From: Pseudobdellovibrionaceae bacterium
Lineage (GTDB): Bacteria > Bdellovibrionota > Bdellovibrionia > Bdellovibrionales > JAMPXM01
Direction of reading: 5' to 3'
DNA: 49,106 nt
Assembly (NCBI GenBank): GCA_023701225.1
Contig: JAMPXM010000001.1
Location: 1 to 49,106 of the forward strand
The notes beneath the pieces are model-generated. The model saw only the letters and a program-made list of their open reading frames with translations. It searched no databases and was not told where the DNA came from. Position numbers and translations under genes: made by a program. Positions 20,070 through 28,584 of the stretch are shown one piece after another. Every line of letters starts with the position of its first letter. The stretch's first letter is position 1.

Positions 20070-20417
20070 GCTTTGAAAAAGACCATGCGCGGGCAGGCAA
20101 GACAAGCCGCCACGCGAAGCGAGGATGGCTTTTTTTAGAAACTAAACACAGTCATCTGTGAAATGGCGCATGAAAGGCTCAGGTTCCGTCGCGAGGAACA
20201 CCCGGAGCGTCTCGTGTTGAGACGGTTCCCTGTTCTCCCGCTCGTCTCATTCAAAGATCTGATCCCACTGGGCTTTCGTCGCGCGTGTCAAAACGATGGT
20301 CATCGAAGTGTGCGGGAAAACGGGGTTTTTATCAAAAAAGCGAAAGATTCTCTCGCTCTGAGCCGATAGGAGTACCATGCGCGGCGCGACTCACTCCTGA
20401 GCGCGCGAAAGGGGTCC

Positions 20418-21575
20418 ATGAGGAAGATGGTTCGCGCCATCCAATTCGCGATCGGGCTCGCGATTCCAGTTGTGGCATTCAATAACTGTTCGCAGCCGCA
20501 TGTCGAAAAAAAGTCCGACATCAGCGCGCTCGCGGAAAAAGCGCAGCATGCTTATGACGCGCATTTCGATCAACTCGCGTACATGTCATGCTCGGAGATG
20601 CCCTCGAAAACATTCGACTCAAGCGCGTACTTTACATTTCGCGCCGGCGCCTATCGGACAGGCGGTTTGAAAATTCGCGATGGATACTTGGCGTCCATCG
20701 AACAAGATTTTCGATTGCCTGAAGATCAAGTCGATCTGATTTCGACGAGCCCGATCAATTCCAACTCGTTCTTGCAGATGTCCATTCGGAGTCGGGCGAA
20801 TTTCCAAGCCGTCTTTTCGCAAAGCGGTTCACCGGAGGCGAACGAGGACTTTGCCAATTTCTTTACGGAATTGGGCAAGCCCGAGCTGGTAGAGACACTC
20901 TACGGTCTCCTGCCAGGCGCTCGCGCGCGTTATATGCGGAACGGGTATCCGACAGGTAACCGCTTCGAAGGTTCGCTGCATTTCGGTGACTCCACGGCGC
21001 TCGCGGACAGCGTGCGCACGATGCTCTCGTCGGAAGGCATGTTGGCGCTCACGTACAGTGATGCGCAGATCAGCCCAAGTTATGCTCGCGGTCCGGCCGA
21101 TCTTGCGGGCGGCGATGCCAGCAACTCCGCGTTCGGCAAAGGGCTGATCTTGAGTTTCCGGCAACCGACGTCCCCCTCGGGCGCTGTGTACGGACAGTAC
21201 CCGAACTACGCTTTGCGGGAGATCACCGAACTCAATTTGGAAAACCGCACCGACACCTCCAATATTCGGCCATGGTCTTGTCCGGTTTCTATGCAGTTCC
21301 GCATCGTACGGCCGGGCGATGACCCCGTGGTTCCATGCCAGGCGGGTCCGGATCCGGCGGTGATGAGCGCTGAACTGGCGATCGTGCGTCGCTCGCTGCG
21401 CGTGGAAGATTGGTACGTGGATATGGCGAATCGTTGTATCACTCCGAAAAAACAGATGGGCCGTAATTGTTACGGCACGATTCAAACCGTGCAGTACAAT
21501 CTGGCCAACGCGTGCACCCCAGGAACCAATACTCAAGACTGCGTTCATTGGGCGAGTATCTGCGTCCGCCAGTGA
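20418..21575 (+). CDS. Hypothetical exported protein (possible lipoprotein)
   Basis: 385 aa with signal-like MRKMVRAIQFAIGLAIPVVAFNNCSQ and several Cys near the C-terminus. No family recognised. Confidence 0.65.
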   Translation: MRKMVRAIQFAIGLAIPVVAFNNCSQPHVEKKSDISALAEKAQHAYDAHFDQLAYMSCSEMPSKTFDSSAYFTFRAGAYRTGGLKIRDGYLASIEQDFRLPEDQVDLISTSPINSNSFLQMSIRSRANFQAVFSQSGSPEANEDFANFFTELGKPELVETLYGLLPGARARYMRNGYPTGNRFEGSLHFGDSTALADSVRTMLSSEGMLALTYSDAQISPSYARGPADLAGGDASNSAFGKGLILSFRQPTSPSGAVYGQYPNYALREITELNLENRTDTSNIRPWSCPVSMQFRIVRPGDDPVVPCQAGPDPAVMSAELAIVRRSLRVEDWYVDMANRCITPKKQMGRNCYGTIQTVQYNLANACTPGTNTQDCVHWASICVRQ

Positions 21576-21614
21576 ACTTGACCCTCGCCGGGAAGTCTGT
21601 TGCGATGGCGAGTG

Positions 21615-22484
21615 ATGAAAGCTCGTCATTGGCTCCTGACCGCGCTGTGTTTCTCTCTCACCACCCCGGCACATGCTCAACGCTTTCATGGGCCCGTGAG
21701 CCGTGCGCTCGGGGAAACGGGTCGTGCATCCGCAGATCCCGCGGAATCCATGTTTCTCAATCCGGCGGCGACCGGCTTTTTGCCGCCGACACTGGTGGTC
21801 GGCGCCCATGGACTTTTGGGTGAGAGCGCGCGCACCGGCGATGAGCACACCTGGGGCGTGGTCTTGGCCGATGGCAGCACCGACAAATGGATGCCAGGCG
21901 CCTTTTCCTATATCCGGGAGAAGACCGAGAGCGCGACCGGAACCTTGTCTCGGGATCATGAGTTTCGTTTATCGATCGCAAAGTTGGCCTATCCCGGCTT
22001 CAGCGTGGGCTTCGGGGCCCACTACCGAGAGCATGAAATCCAAGGCGGAGCGAACCACTTTCAGGCCAATGCGGATTTCGGCGTGCTTTGGCAACCAGTG
22101 CCGATGTTCAGCCTCGGGTTTTCGGCGCAAAACGTGTTGTCCACCGATGCCGAAATTCCAGAAAACATACGCGACACCCCGACGCTTGGGCTCGGAGTGA
22201 GCTCGAACTACAACGAGCGACTCGTCGCCCGTTTGGATATCGTTAGGCCCGAGCGCCAGAATCCAGACCGGCGCATCGATGTTGGGGCCGGCCTGGAGAC
22301 CATATTTAGCTCGGGCCTGTCTCTGCGGTTGGGCTGCAATTGGAAAGAAAGCGCGGGGCAGACGCTGTTTGGGTCCGGAATCGGATATCGAGGCCCTCGG
22401 TTACAGGTGGATTACGCCTATCAGACGGATGCCCGCTTGGACCGTGAGGACCGGCATCTCATTGACTTGTGGATACCGTTTTGA
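21615..22484 (+). CDS. Outer-membrane beta-barrel protein candidate
   Basis: Signal peptide MKARHWLLTALCFSLTTPAHA, alternating beta-strand-like pattern and C-terminal ...DLWIPF (terminal Phe). The N-terminal GxxG..A..D....NPA pattern recalls PorV/TraF/FadL-like barrels (memory-based). Confidence 0.7.
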   Translation: MKARHWLLTALCFSLTTPAHAQRFHGPVSRALGETGRASADPAESMFLNPAATGFLPPTLVVGAHGLLGESARTGDEHTWGVVLADGSTDKWMPGAFSYIREKTESATGTLSRDHEFRLSIAKLAYPGFSVGFGAHYREHEIQGGANHFQANADFGVLWQPVPMFSLGFSAQNVLSTDAEIPENIRDTPTLGLGVSSNYNERLVARLDIVRPERQNPDRRIDVGAGLETIFSSGLSLRLGCNWKESAGQTLFGSGIGYRGPRLQVDYAYQTDARLDREDRHLIDLWIPF

Positions 22485-22526
22485 TAACCCGTGTCGAACC
22501 TGATCACTTTCGACATGGAGACACTC

Positions 22527-22655
22527 ATGGCTTCTAAGACGACTCGCACGGAAACGATCCGTCGCCGTAAGCGCACGACCAGCGGCAAGAAAACCAAAGC
22601 TGCGAAGCGGAACAAAGGCACTACGAAGTCCCAGAAAGAACTGTTCGGCGACTGA
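22527..22655 (+). CDS. Candidate small, highly basic protein (42 aa)
   Basis: Too short to appear in the ORF track. ATG 22527 has GGAG 6 nt upstream. Product: MASKTTRTETIRRRKRTTSGKKTKAAKRNKGTTKSQKELFGD. It lies 42 nt after the barrel gene on the same strand. Confidence 0.35.
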   Translation: MASKTTRTETIRRRKRTTSGKKTKAAKRNKGTTKSQKELFGD

Positions 22656-22681
22656 TTTCTTCCGCCATCGGTTCTCGAAAC

Positions 22682-23821
22682 TTACCGGCGCAGGCGCGCC
22701 GGTAGTTCTTCTGCGTCGCCTTCCAAGCTAAATGTAAAGCCTTTACGGACTAAACCTTGCTGTCCCGGCAAAAAGCGCCACTTCTTCATGGCGTCCAGGG
22801 CCGCGACGTCCAGCGACCTTGAGTTCGCGCTTCTTTCCATCCGAATATCCGTCACCGTTCCATCAGGCCGAACACGGGCGATAAACACCGTTGTGCCTTG
22901 ATTGCGCATCAAGCGATCACGTTCTGGGTACTGTGGGACACGGTTACCGGGTGCCGCATGTAGCTCGCTGGCATCGCGTATCCCATACGGTTGCGTGCTG
23001 CCGGTTCCTCCCGGGCCTTTTTGCGTGCCCGTGCCAGATCGCACGCTTTGCGCGTATTGGGGTGCGGTTCGAGGCGCGGGTTGAGATACGGGCTGCGTGA
23101 GGGTTGGCGGGGAAGATGGCGGCGTTTGCGGGCGATCGGGTTCGGATTCGGATTTGATCTCTGCCTGGAGGGGAGCCACGGGCGACTCCTCATGCTCGAC
23201 GGTCGATGCCTCTTCCTCTGATTCTTCTGATGTGTCGTCACGATCCGCATTCGCGCTGGCGAGCGCGGTGGGTTCGGTCGGCTCGCTCGGGCTTTCGCGT
23301 TCGTTGTTCTCATCTGCTGTATCGGACTCGATGCCTTCAAGATCCGTGGTTTTGGCTTTTCGCGCTTGTTCAACTGCCGAGCGCACGCTGAGTTCGGAAT
23401 CATCTGACGTTATGACCTCGGGAGCTTGGGTTTCGCTCGCAGCTGAGGCAGCGGGTGGGTTCGGACTCGCACTGGGAGCGGCTTTGTGAACAGCAGCTTT
23501 TACGGGGAGTGTGCGTGGTGGCTCCGGTTTTTGGACCTCGGGTGGGCTCTGGGCACGTGGAGTTTCGACTGGAGCCTCGACTTGGGCAGCGACCGGTGGC
23601 GTCGCCTCAGCTGCGGGCAATGCGGCAATCTGTTCGCCTTGTGGAAGGCCCTCGGTGCTGTCGATGTACACCGCTTCGGCCAAGCTTTGCACGTTTTGTA
23701 GAACGGGTGCGGGCGCGAGCGCGATGGCAATTCCGGCACTTCCATGCAGGAAGAGGGAAAGGCTCAGGCCGGTGATGTGCCGTTTCTTGGTGTGATGAGG
23801 GGCAATTGGGGTAGAAGACAT
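22682..23821 (-). CDS. Energy transducer TonB family protein
   Basis: ATG 23821 has GGAG 6 nt upstream; the ORF track starts at 23890. It has a TM anchor, a long Pro/Ala/Glu/Ser-rich linker and a C-terminal TonB domain (YPERDRLMRNQGTTVFIARVRPDGTV...ALDAMKKWRFLPG). Confidence 0.82.
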   Translation of the reverse strand: MSSTPIAPHHTKKRHITGLSLSLFLHGSAGIAIALAPAPVLQNVQSLAEAVYIDSTEGLPQGEQIAALPAAEATPPVAAQVEAPVETPRAQSPPEVQKPEPPRTLPVKAAVHKAAPSASPNPPAASAASETQAPEVITSDDSELSVRSAVEQARKAKTTDLEGIESDTADENNERESPSEPTEPTALASANADRDDTSEESEEEASTVEHEESPVAPLQAEIKSESEPDRPQTPPSSPPTLTQPVSQPAPRTAPQYAQSVRSGTGTQKGPGGTGSTQPYGIRDASELHAAPGNRVPQYPERDRLMRNQGTTVFIARVRPDGTVTDIRMERSANSRSLDVAALDAMKKWRFLPGQQGLVRKGFTFSLEGDAEELPARLRR

Positions 23822-24008
23822 GCGTGCTCCTTCGAGTTCCCGGACGAAATCCACGGAACCATCCCAGATGCCAATCAATTCCGAGGCCACCGGGGAAGTG
23901 GCAAAATCCAGCGCCGGAAGGCTGTCATTCTCAAATGGCCTGGCCGATCCGTAATCAGCCCTGCAAGATTTGCAAAAGGTGTTGCCAGAAATGGTACCTG
24001 CGCATCGT

Positions 24009-24037
24009 CACACAGTCGTACACACAGTCGGCACACA
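24009..24037. repeat. Tandem direct repeat CACACAGTCG (two full copies plus a partial, period 12 then 11)
   Basis: Copies at 24009-24018, 24021-24030 and a partial at 24032-24037, in the TonB/vWA divergent intergenic region. Confidence 0.8.
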
Positions 24038-24122
24038 TATGCTGGCATGCGATCACGGTCGACCATCTGATTGGCAGGTGTCTAAATCTAGAACGTAGGA
24101 ATCAATTGAGACAGAGGTGAAG

Positions 24123-24137
24123 TGGCACTGCGATTGA
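24123..24137 (+). promoter_or_regulatory. Sigma-54-type promoter candidate (TGGCAC-tgcga-TTGA)
   Basis: TGGCAC at 24123-24128 and TTGA at 24134-24137, about 27 nt upstream of ATG 24164 of the vWA lipoprotein gene, with GGGGAGGG RBS in between. Confidence 0.5.
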
Positions 24138-24163
24138 ATTCATTGGTGAATGGGGAGGGTGAT

Positions 24164-25303
24164 ATGAACGTACCCATCGTCCATCCGCTTGTCGCTGTCT
24201 CATTCCGAGGCTTCAGCTACTTTCTTCTGATGGTTTTGCTGTGCTCTTGCGGCAAAGTTCAGTTTTCGACACCCACGACAGCTACGGCGGCGAACCTTTG
24301 TGTTCCAAGTGAAAATGGCGACTGCGGCGTAACTCCGGCGGATCCCGGGACTTCGGATCCATCCACGAATCCCAACTCACCACCGGCAATTCCGGTGTCC
24401 GAAACATTCACCATGCGTCTGACCACGAAAGTCGACGTGCTCTTCGTCATCGACTCCTCGGGCTCCATGAACACGGAACGCGCCGAGCTCGGACGGCGCC
24501 TCGCAAACTTCACCTCCAGCCTGAGTGGACTCGATTGGCAGCTCTGTGTGACCACGACGGACATCAACCAAGAAAAGGGCGACCTCCTGAACTTCACGGT
24601 GACGGAAGCGAACGGAACCAAGCGGTTGACGAAAGTATTAACCGCAGCAGACCCGAATTATACGAATTCGTTCTTGGATCGCATTGTCAACGTGCCATCG
24701 GGCAGTGGCGATGAGCAGGGAATTCGGGCGTTGAATATGGCGGTGAGTAAGCGCCATCCGGAGTGTTTCCGAACGGATGCGGCGCTAGCCGCGATCATTT
24801 TGTCGGACGAAGACGAGCGTAGCGTCGGCGGGTACGAGATCTATAAGACAGATTCCCAGTACGCTCCGCTCAATCCGGAAAACATGCCGGTGAATCTTCT
24901 CACCAGCGTCCGCACGAGCTTCGGGGCAGACAAGATCTTCACCGGCCATTCGATTGTCGTGCAGTCGAACGACACGACTTGTTTGGCGGCACAGCGTATC
25001 GATGGTCGCGGCTTTTACGGAACTTGGTATGAGGAGCTGACGCGACTCACAGGCGGTCAAAAGGGCAGTATCTGCTCGGCTGACTATTCGGCGTCACTCG
25101 GTCGTTTCGCTGAGAACATTCGCCAAGCATTGGACTCGGTTACATTGCGTTGTGTTCCGCTCGATAAGCCGCAAGTCACGCTTGCGCCGGCGCAGCCGAA
25201 CGTGACCATCAGTACCTCGGGTAACAAAGTGCTCTTCTCGCCGGCTCTCCAGCCGGATACGAGCGTCACAGTGAGTTATCGTTGCGCGGGCGGCACGATC
25301 TAA
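24164..25303 (+). CDS. von Willebrand factor A domain lipoprotein
   Basis: ATG 24164 has GGGGAGGG upstream; the ORF track starts at GTG 24122. Lipobox-like LLCSCGK and MIDAS motif VDVLFVIDSSGSMN. Confidence 0.82.
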   Translation: MNVPIVHPLVAVSFRGFSYFLLMVLLCSCGKVQFSTPTTATAANLCVPSENGDCGVTPADPGTSDPSTNPNSPPAIPVSETFTMRLTTKVDVLFVIDSSGSMNTERAELGRRLANFTSSLSGLDWQLCVTTTDINQEKGDLLNFTVTEANGTKRLTKVLTAADPNYTNSFLDRIVNVPSGSGDEQGIRALNMAVSKRHPECFRTDAALAAIILSDEDERSVGGYEIYKTDSQYAPLNPENMPVNLLTSVRTSFGADKIFTGHSIVVQSNDTTCLAAQRIDGRGFYGTWYEELTRLTGGQKGSICSADYSASLGRFAENIRQALDSVTLRCVPLDKPQVTLAPAQPNVTISTSGNKVLFSPALQPDTSVTVSYRCAGGTI

Positions 25304-25351
25304 ACTTTTCAAAGCGACGCTGTCTGTATCCAAATTGGCTCTATCGGCAAT

Positions 25352-26461
25352 TTAATCGACGGAACTGGATTGCGAGGAAACTGGCTTTTCACTGCCCACG
25401 ACGGGCTGTTCGCCACGCGCTTTCTCGAGCGCGGCGAGATTTTCTTTTTCTCGCAGGTCTCTCTGTTTCTTGGCTTCTGCGGACTTCCATGCCACCTGAG
25501 CGGCCTTGAATTTCTCAAGCTTCGGATCGAGTTCGCATTGCTTCATGAGAATGGAAGCGCCCATTGTGCTTTCAACTCGATCGTCAAACGACTGCTCGTC
25601 AGGTGCACCATATGGACAACTCCTTCCAGTGTTTTGGTAAGAGCCATTCACGAGGCGCTGCGTGACGCAGTCGAGTTTGCTGAAGCTGGTCAGAACGCCT
25701 TCAGCATTGTAGGTGAAGTCATACCTTCCGCCGCGTAAATGCTTTCCATCTAATCCTTTACCGTGATGGCTGATGACCACGGTCGTCGGCCGAGAAGACA
25801 GACCGTTCTTGGTTCTGAATTGCCCGCACTTCAGGGTTGAGACCTGCATTGTGCCAATCAAAAACTCTTCGCGCTTGATCCCGTTGAGTACGGTCACGTT
25901 TTGATAGAGTTGTTTCAAAATGGACTTGCCATCGTTCAGACCCCAAATCAGATCTCCAGCCAATACTACACCGGCGACGGCCGCCGCGGGCACCAAGGCG
26001 TTGGCTCTGGGGACGAGCATCTCCAGGATAAGGTGGTCGGCGGTTTTGTTCGCCGCAAGTTTTTCGATTTCAGAAAACAAAGTCTCCGGACTTTGATAGG
26101 CGCGGCGGTCGAGTCTGGTGTGATGGATCCAGAGTGAGCGGTCATTTGATTTGATCAGCACGGATTTTTCGCTGTTTAAATAAAACTGCGCGACGCGCTG
26201 ACCGTCCTTGGACTCCAGCTCGACGCGGACTCCTGAAAGATCCGCATCCGCCCACTTCTTGCGTTGTATTTGGCGTAAAAGATCCGCTTTGGCATCGACA
26301 CTCAGATCAGTGGTGAGCAGAAAATTCTGCAGAGTGCCCGCTCTGGCCAGAGAGAGTCCCGTGTAGGCCATGCTCTCGGAAAAATCGTCTGTCGCCTGAG
26401 CGGGGACAACGAACGAGAGAAGCAGCAAAGGACAAAGCAGGAAAAATAGATATCTTTTCAT
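25352..26461 (-). CDS. Hypothetical secreted protein
   Basis: Signal peptide MKRYLFFLLCPLLLLSFVVPAQA, GAAGGAA upstream, 369 aa with a charged coiled-like C-terminus. No family recognised. Confidence 0.65.
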   Translation of the reverse strand: MKRYLFFLLCPLLLLSFVVPAQATDDFSESMAYTGLSLARAGTLQNFLLTTDLSVDAKADLLRQIQRKKWADADLSGVRVELESKDGQRVAQFYLNSEKSVLIKSNDRSLWIHHTRLDRRAYQSPETLFSEIEKLAANKTADHLILEMLVPRANALVPAAAVAGVVLAGDLIWGLNDGKSILKQLYQNVTVLNGIKREEFLIGTMQVSTLKCGQFRTKNGLSSRPTTVVISHHGKGLDGKHLRGGRYDFTYNAEGVLTSFSKLDCVTQRLVNGSYQNTGRSCPYGAPDEQSFDDRVESTMGASILMKQCELDPKLEKFKAAQVAWKSAEAKKQRDLREKENLAALEKARGEQPVVGSEKPVSSQSSSVD

Positions 26462-26497
26462 TTCGTTTCCTTCGGCAATTGAGAACGTCAGTTGCGT

Positions 26498-27604
26498 TTA
26501 TGTCGTGAGCAAGTCTTGGGGAACCGCGCCGGCCACGATCGCCTTGGAAAGGCGGACATGGTCGGGATGTCCGACGATGCGACCGACTTCTTCCATGGGC
26601 AGAGGGTCCGGATGCGCGAGTTTTTCTTTTTTGAGTGCGAGAATCCGCTTGTGATTGTCTTCGACGACCTTCGCGTCGAGCTTTTTATCTTGAATCGCGG
26701 CGGCGATGGCCTCGACGGCGATCTTATGGCTTTCCGGTTCATTGCAGTAGAGCAAGATGTTCGCGCCGGCTTGGAGGGCGCGAACCGGAATCAGCGCTTT
26801 GTCGAAGTGTTTGGTCAGCGCTTTCATATCGAGGTCGTCGGTGATCACCAGATTGCGGTAGCGCAGCTGCGTGCGAAGCAGATCCGTGAGGATTTTTTGC
26901 GATAAGGTCGCAGGCCAATCCGGATCGAGCTTGGGAAACTTCACGTGCGTGGTCATGACCATATCCAGGCGCGCCCGGAAGACTTTCTTAAATGGCACGA
27001 GCTCGATCGCGTCCAGCTCGGCGAGGCTCTTTTCTTCGACTGGCAGCTCGAAGTGCGAATCGACGGGTGTATTGCCGTGGCCTGGAAAGTGCTTCGCGCA
27101 AGGAATGATGTCCGATTTGATATAGCCGCGCACGAGCGCGGAGCCTATACGACTCACAAGCTCCGGATCACTGCCCGCGGAGCGGTCGCCGATCGCCGGA
27201 TTGTCTTTGTTGGTCAGAACATCGATACAGGGTGCGAAATCGAGATTGATACCGACGGCGCGCAGCTCAGCTCCCATGAAGGACGCGAATTTGAACGCGA
27301 CCGAAGTCGAGTCCAGTTTACCAAGCTCAGCCACGGGTGGCCATTGCGTGAACGGCGCGCTCAGCCGTGCGACGCGTCCACCTTCCATGTCGATCGAAAT
27401 AAAAAGCGGGGCTTTGTCAGGTTGTTTGTGACGCAGGTTTTGCAGTTCAGCGACCAACTCGCGCACCTGCTGCGGGGATTCGCAGTTGCGCTTCATCAGG
27501 ATGATGCCGCCGATGTTGTTTTGGACGATGAAGTCGCTTTCGTCCTTGGTCAGCTTCGTGCCCTGCAGACCGATCACCAGCTGTTGTCCGATATACTGTT
27601 TCAA
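26498..27604 (-). CDS. nagZ: Beta-N-acetylhexosaminidase (GH3, NagZ-like)
   Basis: Motifs GGIILMKRN, SIDMEGGRVARL and KHFPGHG. TTG start at 27604 (no nearby in-frame ATG). Confidence 0.9.
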   Translation of the reverse strand: MKQYIGQQLVIGLQGTKLTKDESDFIVQNNIGGIILMKRNCESPQQVRELVAELQNLRHKQPDKAPLFISIDMEGGRVARLSAPFTQWPPVAELGKLDSTSVAFKFASFMGAELRAVGINLDFAPCIDVLTNKDNPAIGDRSAGSDPELVSRIGSALVRGYIKSDIIPCAKHFPGHGNTPVDSHFELPVEEKSLAELDAIELVPFKKVFRARLDMVMTTHVKFPKLDPDWPATLSQKILTDLLRTQLRYRNLVITDDLDMKALTKHFDKALIPVRALQAGANILLYCNEPESHKIAVEAIAAAIQDKKLDAKVVEDNHKRILALKKEKLAHPDPLPMEEVGRIVGHPDHVRLSKAIVAGAVPQDLLTT

Positions 27605-27735
27605 ATCGCACCCGTTTCCGATGTCCGATGATGAACTATTGCATCACGAGGGTTCCACACTGGCAAGATGGTGAATGTGGATAAGATTCTGAGTTCATGT
27701 GGATTCCCACGTCGCACGTCGAACTCCATAGCTAT

Positions 27736-27758
27736 CGTTTAGACACCCGTTTAGACAC
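27736..27758. repeat. Tandem direct repeat CGTTTAGACAC x2 (period 12)
   Basis: Copies at 27736-27746 and 27748-27758, in the spacer between the permease stop (27775) and the nagZ start (27604). Confidence 0.8.
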
Positions 27759-27774
27759 AATCGACGTGAAGTTG

Positions 27775-28584
27775 TCAGCGCCGGGGATTGAGCCAGTCGC
27801 GTAGCCCGTCTCCCAGCAAGTTAAAACCAAAGACTAGGCACAGAATCGCGAGGCCAGGAAACAAACTGATATGTGGCGCTTCGATCAGGGACCGACGCCC
27901 TGCATTTAGTAAGGAGCCCCATGTCGGAACGGAGGGTGGTGCTCCGAGTCCGAGAAAACTGAGACCTGACTCCGTGATGATCGTGCCGGCCATACCAAAG
28001 GTGGCCTGCACGACGACCAACCCGATCAAGTTCGGCCAGATATGCCGAGTGAGAATTCGAACCGGACCCGCCCCCATCGCGACAGCGCCCATAACATATT
28101 CGCGCGTGCGCAAATGAAGAACTTCGCCTCGAACGAGGCGCGCGTATGCGGTCCAGCTAGTGACGCCCATGGCAAGAATCAAATTGTTTACGGACGGTCC
28201 GAGGACCGCGACCAAGGCGAGCGCCAATAAAAAACCGGGGAACGCATAGAGCATATCGATGAAGCGCATCAGTATCTGGTCAGCCCATCCACCCTTGTAG
28301 CCAGCGATCGAACCGACGATGAGACCGATCGAAACGCTGATGGCGATCACGGTCACGGAAACATACAGACTGATGCGCGCACCGTAGACGACCTGAGCGA
28401 AGACATCGGCTCCGTTTTGATCCAGCCCAAATGGATGTGCGAGTGACGGCGGGGAATAGCGTTGCGCCAAGGCCATGAGCGAGGGGTCGCTTTCGGAGAG
28501 CGCCGGTGCGAACAACGCGGCGACTGCGATGAGTCCGACCAGCAAGCCGCCGAGACTCAGGCGAACTTTCGTGCCGAGTTTCAT
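27775..28584 (-). CDS. ABC transporter permease, DppC/OppC type
   Basis: 269 aa and about 6 TM segments. BPD-transporter EAA-like region (REYVMGAVAMGAGPVRILTRHIWPN). ATGA overlap with the upstream permease. Confidence 0.9.
   Translation of the reverse strand: MKLGTKVRLSLGGLLVGLIAVAALFAPALSESDPSLMALAQRYSPPSLAHPFGLDQNGADVFAQVVYGARISLYVSVTVIAISVSIGLIVGSIAGYKGGWADQILMRFIDMLYAFPGFLLALALVAVLGPSVNNLILAMGVTSWTAYARLVRGEVLHLRTREYVMGAVAMGAGPVRILTRHIWPNLIGLVVVQATFGMAGTIITESGLSFLGLGAPPSVPTWGSLLNAGRRSLIEAPHISLFPGLAILCLVFGFNLLGDGLRDWLNPRR

Noticed and set aside
20163-20369. 68-aa plus-strand ORF in the galU / exported-protein spacer
   Set aside because: It has no RBS, an Arg-rich low-information sequence, and overlaps the region that looks structured at the RNA level.
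20829-21959. 376-aa minus-strand ORF spanning the junction of the two plus-strand genes at 20418-22484
   Set aside because: The product is Arg/His/Gly-rich with no signal, motif or RBS, which is typical of an antisense frame in GC-rich coding DNA. The plus-strand genes have signal peptides and protein-like composition.
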